Numbered from the stretch's first letter, positions 36,600 through 47,620 are shown. The stretch: DNA of 64,000 nt from Bacillota bacterium (GCA_029781045.1 JAKOXL010000024.1:23210-87209); one strand, 5' to 3'. The notes: generated by a model not told the origin, from the letters alone. Translations and numbers: made by a program.

Positions 36600-37877
36600 G
36601 TGAAAAAGAAAGGACACAAACGTAGGAGATTTAGGCCCCGCAAATTGCTGAAGCGGCTTATAGTATTGGCTATTTTCCTAGGAATTGGCCTAGGTTTTTT
36701 CTGGCTCGGGCGTGGCGCTTACCGACTGATTGCTAGCTGGCGTGGTCGTCCGGCCTATTTATCAATAGTTGAGGCTCAGCAAGTCAAAGATATGCAGGGT
36801 ATTGCGACTGAAGCCGTTCTGTTGCGGCAGGAGGTAGTGGCTCTGGCCGACAAACCGGGCAGGGCTAATATCATTATTGAGCCAGGGGGGCAAGTAGAAT
36901 CGGGTCGTTTGGTACTGGAAGTGGTGGACAAGGACCTTCTGGCCAAGATTGATGCCGAAATACAGAAACTAGAGAAAGGTCAGCAGCAAGAGACCCCTAA
37001 TGATCAGGGGCTAGCTGACATAGAAAGAAAACTGGAATCTGCCAACAGTGAACTGTTTGCGGCCCTGGACAGGTATAAGCAGGCCCTAAGGCTGCAGGAC
37101 GTGGAGAACTACAAGCCCTTGTATAATACCTTGTCTCAGATTGCTAAAGGAGTAGTGCAGCTGCAGCAAGATCACCTTGTGTTGGCTAAGAGCCAAGTGG
37201 CTTTAGCTGAGCAGCGGCAAGAGCTGGAAGCTCGGCGACAACAGGCTATCGTCCCTGTCCATTCGCCGGTAGCTGGCGCAGTCTATTACTGGGTTGATGG
37301 GCTAGAGGATGAAGCCAGTCCAACCAAGATTACTCCTAATCTGTGGGAGCAGTTGCAGGCTGGCAAGTCGGCCCCGGTTTACACGACCACCGGCGATATA
37401 GAAGTGGCGTCCGGCCAACCGGTGTTTAAGGTGGCTGTAGATGATAAATCATACTTGTTGGTGCAAGTAGATGTGGCCAAGTCGGAGGTCCTGCGCACTT
37501 GGCAGACGATCAGTGTCTGCTGGCAGGATAATGTGGTTTCTGCGCGAGTAGTGGAGCATGAGGGCCTAGACTCGGGGCAAGTATTACTGCTAGTGGAAGA
37601 TCCCGCCGTAGACCTCCCTCGTTTCTTGCAGGTCAGTTTGCATAAAGAGGGAGAGGTCTACTGTTCAATTCCAGCACGGGCTGTGACTACAGTGGAAGGG
37701 CGGAGTGTGGTGTTTGTATTGGATGGTAGCACAGTCAAAGCCCAGCCCGTTGAAGTTGTGCAACAAGCCAACAAGAAGGCGGTAATAGTGGTGGGCTTAC
37801 AACCTGGTATGTCGGTAGTATCCACACCAGAGGGGCTAGTTGATGGTCAGGACGTAACAGAGAGGCTAAGGAAGTGA
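36600..37877 (+). CDS. HlyD-family / membrane-fusion-protein-like secretion adaptor (N-terminal TM, coiled-coil, beta-barrel)
   Basis: Basic N-terminus plus TM (KRLIVLAIFLGIGLGFFWLG), a long coiled-coil (ELEARRQQA...) and a C-terminal beta-rich region. Family assignment by architecture only. Confidence 0.45.
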   Translation: MKKKGHKRRRFRPRKLLKRLIVLAIFLGIGLGFFWLGRGAYRLIASWRGRPAYLSIVEAQQVKDMQGIATEAVLLRQEVVALADKPGRANIIIEPGGQVESGRLVLEVVDKDLLAKIDAEIQKLEKGQQQETPNDQGLADIERKLESANSELFAALDRYKQALRLQDVENYKPLYNTLSQIAKGVVQLQQDHLVLAKSQVALAEQRQELEARRQQAIVPVHSPVAGAVYYWVDGLEDEASPTKITPNLWEQLQAGKSAPVYTTTGDIEVASGQPVFKVAVDDKSYLLVQVDVAKSEVLRTWQTISVCWQDNVVSARVVEHEGLDSGQVLLLVEDPAVDLPRFLQVSLHKEGEVYCSIPARAVTTVEGRSVVFVLDGSTVKAQPVEVVQQANKKAVIVVGLQPGMSVVSTPEGLVDGQDVTERLRK

Positions 37878-37883
37878 AACCTA

Positions 37884-38582
37884 ATGAATAGGCGGCTGCG
37901 AGACAACTTGGATGCCATCAAGGCAGCTATCGGCCAGGCTGCAGCTAAGTCTTTACGTAGCTCAGAAGAGATTACTCTTATTGCAGTGAGCAAGACACGA
38001 ACAGCTGAGGAGATTCGTGCTCTACATGAGTTGGGTGTTAGAGATTTTGGGGAAAACAGGGTACAGGAGGCAGTGCCTAAGATTGATTCTTTGGAGGATC
38101 TCCACCTGAATTGGCATTTTATCGGTAGTTTGCAGACCAACAAAGCGCGTCATATCCTGCCCAGAGTAGGGCTTATCCACTCTTTAGATCGCTGGTCATT
38201 GGTCAAGGAGCTGGAGCGTTGTGCACAGAATTTGAGCAGACCAGCAAGGTGCCTAGTACAAGTCAACATCGCTGGTGAGACCAGCAAATCCGGCCTGGCG
38301 CCCCAGGAAGTGACGGAGTTTGTGCAGACGGTGGCAGCTGACTACCAGCAAATACAGATATGCGGCCTTATGACCATTGCCCCGCAGGTTAGCAATCCGG
38401 AGGAAGTAAGGGGCTACTTTCGCCAAATGAAACTGCTATTTGATAAGTTGGCGGTTCAGGCCAAGGGCTATGAAATGAAACACCTTTCTATGGGTATGTC
38501 AGGAGACTTTCAGGTGGCCATCGAGGAAGGTGCAACTATGGTACGCATCGGGACAGCGATTTTCGGTAGGAGGGATGGTTAA
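37884..38582 (+). CDS. ylmE: PLP-homeostasis protein YggS/YlmE family
   Basis: ITLIAVSKTRTAEEIRALHELGVRDFGENRVQE...WHFIGSLQTNK (the PLP-binding lysine region). Confidence 0.85.
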   Translation: MNRRLRDNLDAIKAAIGQAAAKSLRSSEEITLIAVSKTRTAEEIRALHELGVRDFGENRVQEAVPKIDSLEDLHLNWHFIGSLQTNKARHILPRVGLIHSLDRWSLVKELERCAQNLSRPARCLVQVNIAGETSKSGLAPQEVTEFVQTVAADYQQIQICGLMTIAPQVSNPEEVRGYFRQMKLLFDKLAVQAKGYEMKHLSMGMSGDFQVAIEEGATMVRIGTAIFGRRDG

Positions 38583-39028
38583 TGAGTATCTGGTCTAAGA
38601 TTCTGGATTTTATTGGCTTTGAAGATGAGGACGAAGAAGAAGATACGGAAGAACTGATGGAGGACGAGGAAGAGCAGCAGCCAATTGAGATTCCAAATCG
38701 CTATCGGCCCAATGTGGTTGAGCTGCAGTCAGCTAAGAGTATGAAGCTGGTTGTTCTAGGCCCTAAGTCTTACGAAGATGTTCAGCCAATAGTAGATCAT
38801 TTGCGGGCACGGCGTCCGGTGGTGGTCAACTTGGAAGGGGCCGAACAGCGGGTGCGCATACGAATATTGGATTTTCTCAGTGGGGCCGTCTACGCTTTAG
38901 GAGGTCGCAATCAAAGGGTCAGTGACCTGATATTCTTACTAGCACCTCCGAATGTGGACGTCAGTAATCTGCTGGAAGAAGACATGTTGAATCGGCTTGA
39001 GAAACCCAGCAAGGCTGGAGGACATTAA
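38582..39028 (+). CDS. sepF: Cell division protein SepF
   Basis: Acidic N-terminus, then KLVVLGPKSYEDVQPIVDHLRARRPVVVNLEG...LDFLSGAVYALGG. Confidence 0.85.
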   Translation: MSIWSKILDFIGFEDEDEEEDTEELMEDEEEQQPIEIPNRYRPNVVELQSAKSMKLVVLGPKSYEDVQPIVDHLRARRPVVVNLEGAEQRVRIRILDFLSGAVYALGGRNQRVSDLIFLLAPPNVDVSNLLEEDMLNRLEKPSKAGGH

Positions 39029-39030
39029 GG

Positions 39031-39273
39031 GTGGGTTTTCTGCGGTTCGGCCTGGAAGTTTTACTGTCCATTCTAGTTGTCCGCGTCATAATGGACTTCA
39101 TCCCATCATTGGCAGAGACAGGTTTTGGTCGAACGCTTATCAGATTGACTAATCCCATTTTGGCTCCGGTGCAACGCTATTTGCCACGTGTTAGCCTCGG
39201 CGATATGGAGATAGACGTATCAGCTCTAATCGTCGCATTGCTCCTCAACTTGTTGGTGAACTTCGTTTACTAA
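39031..39273 (+). CDS. ylmG: YggT/YlmG-family membrane protein
   Basis: 80 aa, two TMs, position between sepF and divIVA. Confidence 0.7.
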   Translation: MGFLRFGLEVLLSILVVRVIMDFIPSLAETGFGRTLIRLTNPILAPVQRYLPRVSLGDMEIDVSALIVALLLNLLVNFVY

Positions 39274-39285
39274 GGGGGTGTCTTT

Positions 39286-39768
39286 ATGTCATTAACGCCA
39301 CTCGATATTCACAACAAAGAGTTTAAGACGGTTCTGCGCGGCTACGACCGTAATGAGGTTGATGAATTTCTTGACCTGATCATTAAAGACCTGGAGCAAG
39401 TGTATAAAGAGAGTGCGGAGCTAAAAGACGCAAACCACGCACTAAAAGAGAAACTAGAGCATTACCATAATTTAGAGCAGACCCTGCACAACGCGTTGGT
39501 GGTGGCCCAGGAGACGGCAGAAGAGGTAAAGGCCAGTGCTAAGCGGGAAGCCCAACTGATCATACGCGAGGCGGAAATGAAGGCAGAACGCATAGTCGAC
39601 GATGCTATTGCTAAGGTCCGCCGTATGACGGCTGAGCTAGATGAAATGCGTAAACAAGCAGGCGTGTTCAGGGCAAGATTGATCAATTTACTTAAGGCCC
39701 AACTAGAGATGTTAGATAGCGATGATTGGGATCAATTAGAAAGTGCTGCCACCAGTTCGGTCAATTAA
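39286..39768 (+). CDS. divIVA: Cell division protein DivIVA
   Basis: MSLTPLDIHNKEFKTVLRGYDRNEVDEFLDLIIKDLE is the canonical DivIVA N-terminal domain. Confidence 0.85.
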   Translation: MSLTPLDIHNKEFKTVLRGYDRNEVDEFLDLIIKDLEQVYKESAELKDANHALKEKLEHYHNLEQTLHNALVVAQETAEEVKASAKREAQLIIREAEMKAERIVDDAIAKVRRMTAELDEMRKQAGVFRARLINLLKAQLEMLDSDDWDQLESAATSSVN

Positions 39769-39838
39769 CCCAGAATCCCTAGATGTCTAGACTAGTATTG
39801 CTGCTAGTCGCATATTACTAGGGACGAGAGGTGATTGC

Positions 39839-40135
39839 ATGCCGGGCGAAAACAAGGGTAGGGAAAAGCTGATAGATAAGGCAGAAGAACTGGTATATTA
39901 TTTGGAGCGCATGCGTCTGGTCGACTATATAGCCCTCCTCAACCGTCCTTGGCGCCTGATGTGGGTCAATTTCTTAGCGGGACTGGCTAGAGGAGTGGGA
40001 ATTGCAATTGGGGGGACACTATTAGCGGCCCTGGTTATTTTCCTGCTGAATGAGCTGGCCATTTTGAACTTGCCAGTGATAGGCGATTTCATAGCGGAGA
40101 TAGTAAAGATCGTACAGGGCCAACTCTCAAAGTAG
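39839..40135 (+). CDS. Small two-TM membrane protein of unknown function
   Basis: 98 aa, hydrophobic core (WVNFLAGLARGVGIAIGGTLLAALVIFLL). Confidence 0.4.
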   Translation: MPGENKGREKLIDKAEELVYYLERMRLVDYIALLNRPWRLMWVNFLAGLARGVGIAIGGTLLAALVIFLLNELAILNLPVIGDFIAEIVKIVQGQLSK

Positions 40136-40146
40136 GAGGTCCAACC

Positions 40147-40809
40147 ATGCAATATGTCTATCGCGAGGAGTTGAGAGATCGGCTACAGAGGCTGCGCACT
40201 TTGACAGAAGCCACCTTAGCGGGTCTACGAAACGACTTAGACCAGTCTCTTTCCGCGAGTATTAGTGAGTTTTCTACCTACGATAATCATCCGGCCGATG
40301 TGGCAACTGAGACCTATGAACGTAGCAAGGATCTGGGGTTACAGAAGGACCAAGAGCGTCTCTTGGAGCAGATCGATTTGGCGTTGCAGAGAATGGAGCA
40401 AGGGACCTATGGCTGGTGCCAGAAATGCGGACGCCCTATACCTGAGGAGCGTCTACTGGCTTTGCCCTATGTTTCCGAATGTCTCCCTTGTGCGGAGGCG
40501 GAGCAAAAGCGAATTGCTTCTCGCTGCAAAGAGGAACTGGATGCTAATCGGTTGTTGCGGCAAAGCTTTGACGAAAGGGTCGGCTTTGATGGGGAGGATG
40601 CTTGGCAGGCCGTGGCCCGTTACGGGTCGTCGAATACTCCAGGCGATTTTCGCCAAGTTGAAGATTACAATGATACATACCTAGACCATGATGAACCCAT
40701 CGGAATAGTAGCAGAAGAAGAAGCCTTACCCGCCTCCTTCGATCGCAGCACGGATCAGTACATTAAAGGGGGGCGGCACGGGCGAGAGAAGAACCCCCTT
40801 GAGCCGTGA
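40147..40809 (+). CDS. DksA/TraR-family C4 zinc-finger protein (YteA/YocK-like)
   Basis: CQKCGRPIPEERLLALPYVSECLPC is the C4 zinc finger typical of DksA/TraR. Confidence 0.6.
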   Translation: MQYVYREELRDRLQRLRTLTEATLAGLRNDLDQSLSASISEFSTYDNHPADVATETYERSKDLGLQKDQERLLEQIDLALQRMEQGTYGWCQKCGRPIPEERLLALPYVSECLPCAEAEQKRIASRCKEELDANRLLRQSFDERVGFDGEDAWQAVARYGSSNTPGDFRQVEDYNDTYLDHDEPIGIVAEEEALPASFDRSTDQYIKGGRHGREKNPLEP

Positions 40810-40916
40810 TACTTTGCGTGTTAACATTATCTAAGGCTGTCCATTATCAGGACAGCCTTTTCCCATCCACGATGGATGATATCCCTGCTGGCGAAAGTGA
40901 GGAGGTTAGAGCAGCA

Positions 40917-41357
40917 ATGACATATGTTCTATTAGCATTGGCGATTTGTGCCCTTGATCGTCTACTGAAAGCTTGGGTCGTTAGGGCTCTCCCCTTGTGG
41001 GCTAGCCGCCCCCTATTGGGCAACTGGTTGTATCTAACCCACGTTAGGAATACAGGGGCTGCCTTTGGTCTCTTTGGGGGTAATGCATTGCTGTTGGCAA
41101 TTATAAGTATGGCATTGTTTGTTGCCTTGTTTTTCTGGCGGGAACATCTACGCTCCTTGGGTACTTGGGGATATTTGGCATTAGCCCTTATTTTAGGCGG
41201 GGCCCTCGGGAACATGTATGATCGTCTAGCTTACGGTTATGTGATTGACTTTATAGACCTCCGCATCTGGCCCGTTTTTAACTTGGCGGATAGCGCTGTA
41301 GTGGTTGGAGCATTGTTGTTGGTAGTCATTTTGTGGCGACAGGAGTTTGCAGGCTAG
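40917..41357 (+). CDS. lspA: Lipoprotein signal peptidase II
   Basis: VRNTGAAFGLF and FNLADSAVVVGA motifs. Start at the ATG at 40917 after GAGGAGG. Confidence 0.85.
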   Translation: MTYVLLALAICALDRLLKAWVVRALPLWASRPLLGNWLYLTHVRNTGAAFGLFGGNALLLAIISMALFVALFFWREHLRSLGTWGYLALALILGGALGNMYDRLAYGYVIDFIDLRIWPVFNLADSAVVVGALLLVVILWRQEFAG

Positions 41358-41359
41358 CT

Positions 41360-42283
41360 ATGCAGGAGTTCCGTTTGCAAGTAGACAGTGGAGACAACGG
41401 TAAGCGCCTTGATGCTTGGCTTGCGGCACAAGACTTGGGTTTAACGCGCTCTCAAGTGCAGAAGCTAATTGCAGAAGGCAAAGTACGTGTAGAGGGTGTT
41501 GCAACCAGCAAGAACAACTATCGCTTGCGGGCAGGCCAGTGGGTTTTCGTTGTAGTCCCCGATCCTAAACCGTTAGAAATTTTGCCAGAGAACATACCTC
41601 TGCCCATTGTTTACGAGGACGCTTGCCTTGCCGTGGTTAACAAACCACAGGGAATGGTCACCCATCCGGCCCAAGGCAACTATACTGGTACTTTGGTTAA
41701 TGCCTTGCTTTATCATATTAAGGATCTGTCGGGGATCAATGGTGTTTTGCGGCCAGGTATTGTGCATCGGCTAGATAAAGATACATCTGGCCTTTTGGTG
41801 GTGGCCAAAAACGATCTGGCCCACCGCAGTCTAGCACAGCAGTTAAAGACTCGGCAGATGAAGCGCAGATATGTAGCCTTGTTACATGGCAACTTGAAAC
41901 AGGACGTGGGAACCGTGAATGCTCCTATAGCACGCCATCCGGTGTTGCGCAAACAGATGGCAGTAGTGGCCGGGGGGCGAGAGGCGATTACCCATTTTCA
42001 AGTGCGGGAACGGTTTGGCAATTTCACGTTGGTCGAGTTGCAGTTGGAAACGGGCCGTACCCATCAAATTCGGGTACATATGGCCCACTCAGGACATCCG
42101 GTAGTGGGAGATAATATCTATGGCCCCAAGAAGCCAGCCTTTGGCCTTAATGGCCAACTCCTGCATGCCTGGCACCTCAGCTTCTTGCATCCTATTACCC
42201 AGGAAATAGCGCAATTTTCCGTCGACATTCCACCTCATTTTCAGCGGGTTCTAGACAAATTGCGTCAATCTCAAAAACAATAG
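41360..42283 (+). CDS. rluD: 23S rRNA pseudouridine synthase, RluD family
   Basis: S4-like N-terminus and the catalytic motif HRLDKDTSGLLVVAKN. Confidence 0.85.
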   Translation: MQEFRLQVDSGDNGKRLDAWLAAQDLGLTRSQVQKLIAEGKVRVEGVATSKNNYRLRAGQWVFVVVPDPKPLEILPENIPLPIVYEDACLAVVNKPQGMVTHPAQGNYTGTLVNALLYHIKDLSGINGVLRPGIVHRLDKDTSGLLVVAKNDLAHRSLAQQLKTRQMKRRYVALLHGNLKQDVGTVNAPIARHPVLRKQMAVVAGGREAITHFQVRERFGNFTLVELQLETGRTHQIRVHMAHSGHPVVGDNIYGPKKPAFGLNGQLLHAWHLSFLHPITQEIAQFSVDIPPHFQRVLDKLRQSQKQ

Positions 42284-42416
42284 TTGACAAGAGTAGGTGT
42301 AACTGCTAATCTTAGCAAAGAACCCTTTAAGTTAGTCCTGCGAGACTAGCAAGGAGTATGCCCATTAGCTTATCAGGGCCTTCCTGTATCTATCTTGCAG
42401 GAAGGCCCTTAGTTTT
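42284..42416 (+). promoter_or_regulatory. pyr operon sigma-A promoter plus PyrR-binding attenuator (anti-antiterminator loop and terminator)
   Basis: TTGACA (42284-89), 17-nt spacer, TAATCT. PyrR box AGTCCTGCGAGACTAGCAAGGAG (42334-42356). Terminator AGGGCCTTCCTG...CAGGAAGGCCCT then TTTTT (42375-42416). Confidence 0.75.
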
Positions 42417-42435
42417 TGCCCGCAGAGGGTAGTAA

Positions 42436-43002
<567 letters not shown>

Positions 43003-43030
43003 CTACAAAGAGCGAAAGGGGAAAGAGAAC

Positions 43031-44323
43031 ATGCAGAAGCCATATGAACCAGTTCCAATGTCTCGGCTGTTGCCCTTAGGCCTGCAACACGTATTCGCCA
43101 TGTTTGGGGCCACCGTTTTGGTGCCTATGTTGACCGGTCTTGATGCCTCGACAGCTTTGTTCACTTCCGCTGTTGGTACACTACTCTTTCAGCTGATAAC
43201 CGGTGGTCAGGTACCTGCCTATCTTGGTTCGTCTTTTGCCTTTATTGCTCCCATCATAGCTGCCAGCGAAGAATATGGGGTCGCCGGCGCTCTGGGTGGA
43301 TGTTTCGTAGCCGGGTTAGTTTATGTGGTCTTGGCCCTGATCATTGCTCGCGTCGGTGTCGGTTTCATTGACCGCCTTTTCCCGCCAGTTGTTGTGGGCC
43401 CCGTGATAATGACCATTGGGCTAGGGCTAGCTGGTACGGCGAGAGATATGGCAATAGCCCATCTGCCTACAGCTCTGTTTACACTCCTGGCTGTGGTTTT
43501 GATCAGTTATTACGGCAAGGGAATGGCCAAAATCGTACCTATTCTGCTCGGAGTTATTTCCGGATATGCTTTTGCTCTTGTAGTTAACTGGCGTTACCCT
43601 GAACTGGGGCTGTTCCTTAACAGCCAAGGTGAAAGTCTCCTCCAAATGCTGAAAGAGACCCCCTGGACGCCAGCCTTACCTGCCTATTTGACCAACTTCT
43701 TCAAGAACCCTTCTGAGACACTGCTGAATCCGGCCAACTGGCATTGGGGAGCCATCATGATGGTTGCCCCGGTAGCCCTAGTGACCATGATTGAGCACTT
43801 AGGTGACGTATTGACCATAGGTCGTACGACTGGTAGAGACTTCTTGGCTAGCCCTGGTTTGCACCGCACCCTGATCGGAGATGGCCTTGCCTCTTCCCTA
43901 GCTGCCTTCTTGGGTGGCCCACCGAACACGACCTACGGAGAGAATGTGGGTGTCCTGGCTCTAACTGGAGTTCACAATCCTATAGTTGTGCAAGTAGCGG
44001 CAGTTCTTGTACTCATCTTCAGTTTGTTCCCTAAAGTTGGGGCCCTCATTGCCACAGTGCCTACTCCAGTAATGGGTGGAATTACAGTGCTGCTCTTCGG
44101 TATGATAGCGGCCGTGGGAATTCGCACTCTGGTGGAGAAGAGAGTGGATTTAAGTGATACTCGTAACCTGATTATTGTTAGTACCGTACTCATCTTTGGT
44201 ATCAGCGGTCTGCAGATCTTCAAACTCAGTGGTATGGGCTTAGGCGCGATCGCTGGAGTGCTGCTCAACCAAATCTTGCCGTCCCGTGCTCCTCAAGAGG
44301 AGCTGCAGGCTGATGAGCAGTAA
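43031..44323 (+). CDS. pyrP: Uracil permease (NCS2 family)
   Basis: LGLQHVFAMFGATVLVP NCS2 motif, 12+ TM, position after pyrR. Confidence 0.85.
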   Translation: MQKPYEPVPMSRLLPLGLQHVFAMFGATVLVPMLTGLDASTALFTSAVGTLLFQLITGGQVPAYLGSSFAFIAPIIAASEEYGVAGALGGCFVAGLVYVVLALIIARVGVGFIDRLFPPVVVGPVIMTIGLGLAGTARDMAIAHLPTALFTLLAVVLISYYGKGMAKIVPILLGVISGYAFALVVNWRYPELGLFLNSQGESLLQMLKETPWTPALPAYLTNFFKNPSETLLNPANWHWGAIMMVAPVALVTMIEHLGDVLTIGRTTGRDFLASPGLHRTLIGDGLASSLAAFLGGPPNTTYGENVGVLALTGVHNPIVVQVAAVLVLIFSLFPKVGALIATVPTPVMGGITVLLFGMIAAVGIRTLVEKRVDLSDTRNLIIVSTVLIFGISGLQIFKLSGMGLGAIAGVLLNQILPSRAPQEELQADEQ

Positions 44324-45608
44324 TCAGAATACAATTCTGTTCCGTAACGGTTGGTTAGCCGACGTGGAGCGCGGCCAACTAATACGGGGGGAGCTGTTGG
44401 TGGCAGGGGAGCGGATCGCCGCCATAGCTCCCTGCCTTCCCTGCTCCGATGCTCTGGTTATAGACTTAGCCGATGCTATTCTGTCCCCTGGTTTCATTGA
44501 TGTGCACACCCATCTACGGGAGCCGGGATTTGAGTACAAAGAGACTATTGCCAGTGGCGCCCGTGCTGCCGCTGCCGGTGGCTTTACCACTATTGCCTGC
44601 ATGCCGAATACCAAGCCTCCATTGGATACAGCCGAGCGGGTGGCTTGGGTAAAGGAACAAGCTAAAGCTACTAGTGTGGTAAAGGTGCTGCCCATCGGTG
44701 CCATATCGCTGGAACAAGCGGGTCACCGGGCCACCAACTTTTGGCAACTACGGGATAGCGGAGCAGTAGCCTTTTCCGATGATGGGCGAGGGGTCAAGAG
44801 TAGTCGACTGATGCTTGAGGCTCTAGAGGCTTCACGTTGCCTGGGCGTTCCCATAATGGCGCATGAAGAAGATGCGGAACTGGCTGGCAAGGGCAGTATT
44901 AACCACGGGCCCATCAGCGCCCAACTGGGTGACCAAGGGATTCCGTCCGCCGCCGAGTATATAATGTTGGCCCGTGATATCTATCTGGCGGAGATGACCG
45001 GTGGCCATTTGCATGTTTGTCATGTGAGCGCGGCTGAGTCAGTGAATCTGATCCGCAATGCCAAGGCGCGGGGGGTGAAAGTTACGGCCGAAGTCACACC
45101 CCATCATCTACATTTGACCGAGAGTATAGTGCCTACTCTACTGGGGCAGGCCAAGGTTAACCCGCCTTTGCGTAGTGAGGCGGACCAGCAAGCTCTACTA
45201 GCCGGACTGCTAGATGGCACTATCGATGTTATTGCTACCGATCATGCTCCCCATTCCATGTGGGAAAAGGAAGTGTCTCTAAGCCAGGCGGCCTTCGGTT
45301 TCAGCGGCTTGGAGGTAGCTTTTCCTGTGGTCATGGAGGCTTTAGTACATTCAGGTTTGCTGCCCTTGGAAAAGGTTCTGCCGGCACTCACCTGTCGTCC
45401 GGCCGACCTGCTGGGATTGCCACAAGGGCGTTTGGCCGTAGGTGCTCCCGCTGATTTGGTTGTATTAGACCCCCGCAAACGCTGGCGTGTCACAGCCGAG
45501 GGGCTACTATCACAAGGTAAGAATACACCCTACCTCGGTCAAGAGTTGGTGGGGCAGGTATTGCTTACCGTGGTGGACGGCCGGGTGGTCTTTGATATCA
45601 GAGAGTAG
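44313..45608 (+). CDS. pyrC: Dihydroorotase
   Basis: GFIDVHTHLREPG and DHAPH metal-ligand motifs. Confidence 0.85.
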   Translation: MSSNQNTILFRNGWLADVERGQLIRGELLVAGERIAAIAPCLPCSDALVIDLADAILSPGFIDVHTHLREPGFEYKETIASGARAAAAGGFTTIACMPNTKPPLDTAERVAWVKEQAKATSVVKVLPIGAISLEQAGHRATNFWQLRDSGAVAFSDDGRGVKSSRLMLEALEASRCLGVPIMAHEEDAELAGKGSINHGPISAQLGDQGIPSAAEYIMLARDIYLAEMTGGHLHVCHVSAAESVNLIRNAKARGVKVTAEVTPHHLHLTESIVPTLLGQAKVNPPLRSEADQQALLAGLLDGTIDVIATDHAPHSMWEKEVSLSQAAFGFSGLEVAFPVVMEALVHSGLLPLEKVLPALTCRPADLLGLPQGRLAVGAPADLVVLDPRKRWRVTAEGLLSQGKNTPYLGQELVGQVLLTVVDGRVVFDIRE

Positions 45609-45618
45609 GAGGGATAAG

Positions 45619-46401
45619 GTGATCTCCCCTTGCACTGGTACTATAGTCAGCAATGAACAGCTTAGTCGCACAATCTGGCTGTTGCGGGTGGAGGCGCCCG
45701 TGATTGCCCAGCAGGTAGAACCGGGTCAGTTCGTGCAAGTACGTGTTACCAGTACCTACGACCCCCTACTGCGCACCCCTTTAAGTGTTCATGATTCTGA
45801 TCCCGATCGGGGTACCATAGATTTGCTATACCAGACTGTTGGTACATCGACTCAGCTGTTGAGCAATTACAGAGAGCAGATGCGATTGGATATTCTAGGG
45901 CCGTTGGGTAAGGGGTTCACTTTGCCCACCGGACCTAAGTCTAGCTTCGCCCTTTTGGTGGCAGGAGGCATTGGTATTGCTCCCATGCTTCTGTTGGCTC
46001 GTTTCCTAATGGCCAATCAGGTAAGTACCCGCTTATTGTATGGAGCTCGCACCGCTTCCGATATGGTGCGTATCGATGCTTTTGAGAAATTAGGAGTTAC
46101 CGTTGCCTGCAGCACCGATGATGGTAGTTACGGAGTCAGAGGAAATGTAGTCGACTTGTTGGCCGATTTCTTGCAGTCGGGTGCGGGAGGAGAAATCTTT
46201 GCCTGCGGTCCCACCCCCATGCTGAAAGCGTTGCAATCCTTGGCGAGAGAAAGGGAGCTAGCGGCCCAGCTTTCACTCGAGGCTTATATGGCCTGTGGTT
46301 TGGGTGCCTGCTTAGGCTGTGCTGTGGCAGTGCCCGGCGGTGGTTACAAGCATGTGTGCACCGATGGACCCGTGTTTGCGGCGTGGGAGGTGGAGCTATA
46401 G
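45619..46401 (+). CDS. pyrK: Dihydroorotate dehydrogenase electron-transfer subunit
   Basis: FAD/NAD-binding fold and C-terminal 2Fe-2S ligands CGLGACLGCAV. GTG start after GGAGGG. Confidence 0.8.
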   Translation: MISPCTGTIVSNEQLSRTIWLLRVEAPVIAQQVEPGQFVQVRVTSTYDPLLRTPLSVHDSDPDRGTIDLLYQTVGTSTQLLSNYREQMRLDILGPLGKGFTLPTGPKSSFALLVAGGIGIAPMLLLARFLMANQVSTRLLYGARTASDMVRIDAFEKLGVTVACSTDDGSYGVRGNVVDLLADFLQSGAGGEIFACGPTPMLKALQSLARERELAAQLSLEAYMACGLGACLGCAVAVPGGGYKHVCTDGPVFAAWEVEL

Positions 46402-47312
46402 TGGTAGTTGATTTGAGCGTCAGCATAGGCAGTCTGCAGCTGAAGAATCCCGTTTTAACCGCTTCCGGCACCTTCGGTTACGGGTTGGAGTTTCGCCGCT
46501 TTGGTAATCTAGGTGCTCTAGGCGGAGTAGTGGTGAAAGGTACTACTCTGCAGCCACGGGCAGGCAACAAACCCCAGCGGATAGTGGAAACGGCCGCCGG
46601 TATGTTAAATTCCATCGGCCTAGAGAATCCGGGTGTCGATTTCTTCCTCACCCATTATCTTCCTCAGCTGCGAGACTTGGGTGTGACCACTATTGTCAAC
46701 TTAGCTGGCAATACAATCGATGAGTATTGCCAGCTGGCCGAGCGATTGCAGCAACCAGGTATTGCTGCCTTAGAACTAAACATATCATGTCCCAATGTGA
46801 AGGCCGGTGGTATGGCCTTCGGCACCAGTGAAGAAGTGGTATACCAAGTGGTACAGGCGGTTCGCAGACACACCAAGCTCCCTCTCATCGTGAAGTTGTC
46901 CCCAAACGTAACTGACATCGCTGCAATTGCCCGGGCTGCTGAGGCAGCAGGTGCCGACGCCATTTCTTTGATCAACACTTTACTGGGCATGGCCGTTGAC
47001 ATCCGCACACGCCGACCCATACTAGGGAATGTCGTGGGCGGGTTATCAGGCCCGGCGATAAAGCCGGTTGCGCTACGCATGGTCTGGCAAGTGGCTCAGG
47101 CGGTTAAGGTGCCGATTATTGGCATGGGCGGCATCATGACTGCCAGTGACGCCATCGAGTTCCTGTTGTGCGGTGCCAGTGCTGTGCAAATAGGGGCCGC
47201 CAACTTCGTTGAACCGACCACCGCTTGGCGAGTGATCGATGGTATAGCCGAATATCTGGAACAACAGGGCATAGCTTCCGTGCGTGAATTGATAGGCAGT
47301 TTGCAGATTTAG
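46401..47312 (+). CDS. pyrD: Dihydroorotate dehydrogenase (class 1B) catalytic subunit
   Basis: NPVLTASGTFGYG...LELNISCPN motifs. GTG start overlaps the pyrK stop (TAGTG). Confidence 0.85.
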   Translation: MVVDLSVSIGSLQLKNPVLTASGTFGYGLEFRRFGNLGALGGVVVKGTTLQPRAGNKPQRIVETAAGMLNSIGLENPGVDFFLTHYLPQLRDLGVTTIVNLAGNTIDEYCQLAERLQQPGIAALELNISCPNVKAGGMAFGTSEEVVYQVVQAVRRHTKLPLIVKLSPNVTDIAAIARAAEAAGADAISLINTLLGMAVDIRTRRPILGNVVGGLSGPAIKPVALRMVWQVAQAVKVPIIGMGGIMTASDAIEFLLCGASAVQIGAANFVEPTTAWRVIDGIAEYLEQQGIASVRELIGSLQI

Positions 47313-47399
47313 TAGATTTCGCTTTGCCCTTGCTCGTACAGCTCAGTTGGTGTATATTTATTAAAACGTCGGCACAGGTAAAATGCTAGGACGAGGGCT

Positions 47400-47620
47400 A
47401 GTAGACCCACACCTCTGGGTTGCAGAGAGAGGCATTCATAGGCTGCAAGATGCCTCCCTAAGTGGGGTTGAACCTACCCTAAGAGCTACCTAGGCGCCAA
47501 ACTTAGGTCGGCCAGCCACCGTTAGAAGGCCCGAGTGGGACATCTATGTCCAATCAAGGTGGTACCGCGGAAGATCAGGCTCTTTCGCCCTTCATATGGG
47601 GTGAAAGAGCTTTTGCTTTT
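47400..47620 (+). promoter_or_regulatory. T-box riboswitch leader preceding proB, with a candidate proline specifier
   Basis: Conserved T-box sequence AAGGTGGTACCGCGG (47556-47570). AGAGAGAG stem-I element at 47424. Candidate specifier GAA-CCU-A at 47470-47476. Terminator GGCTCTTTCGCCC...GGGGTGAAAGAGC then TTTTGCTTTT (47578-47620). Confidence 0.6.
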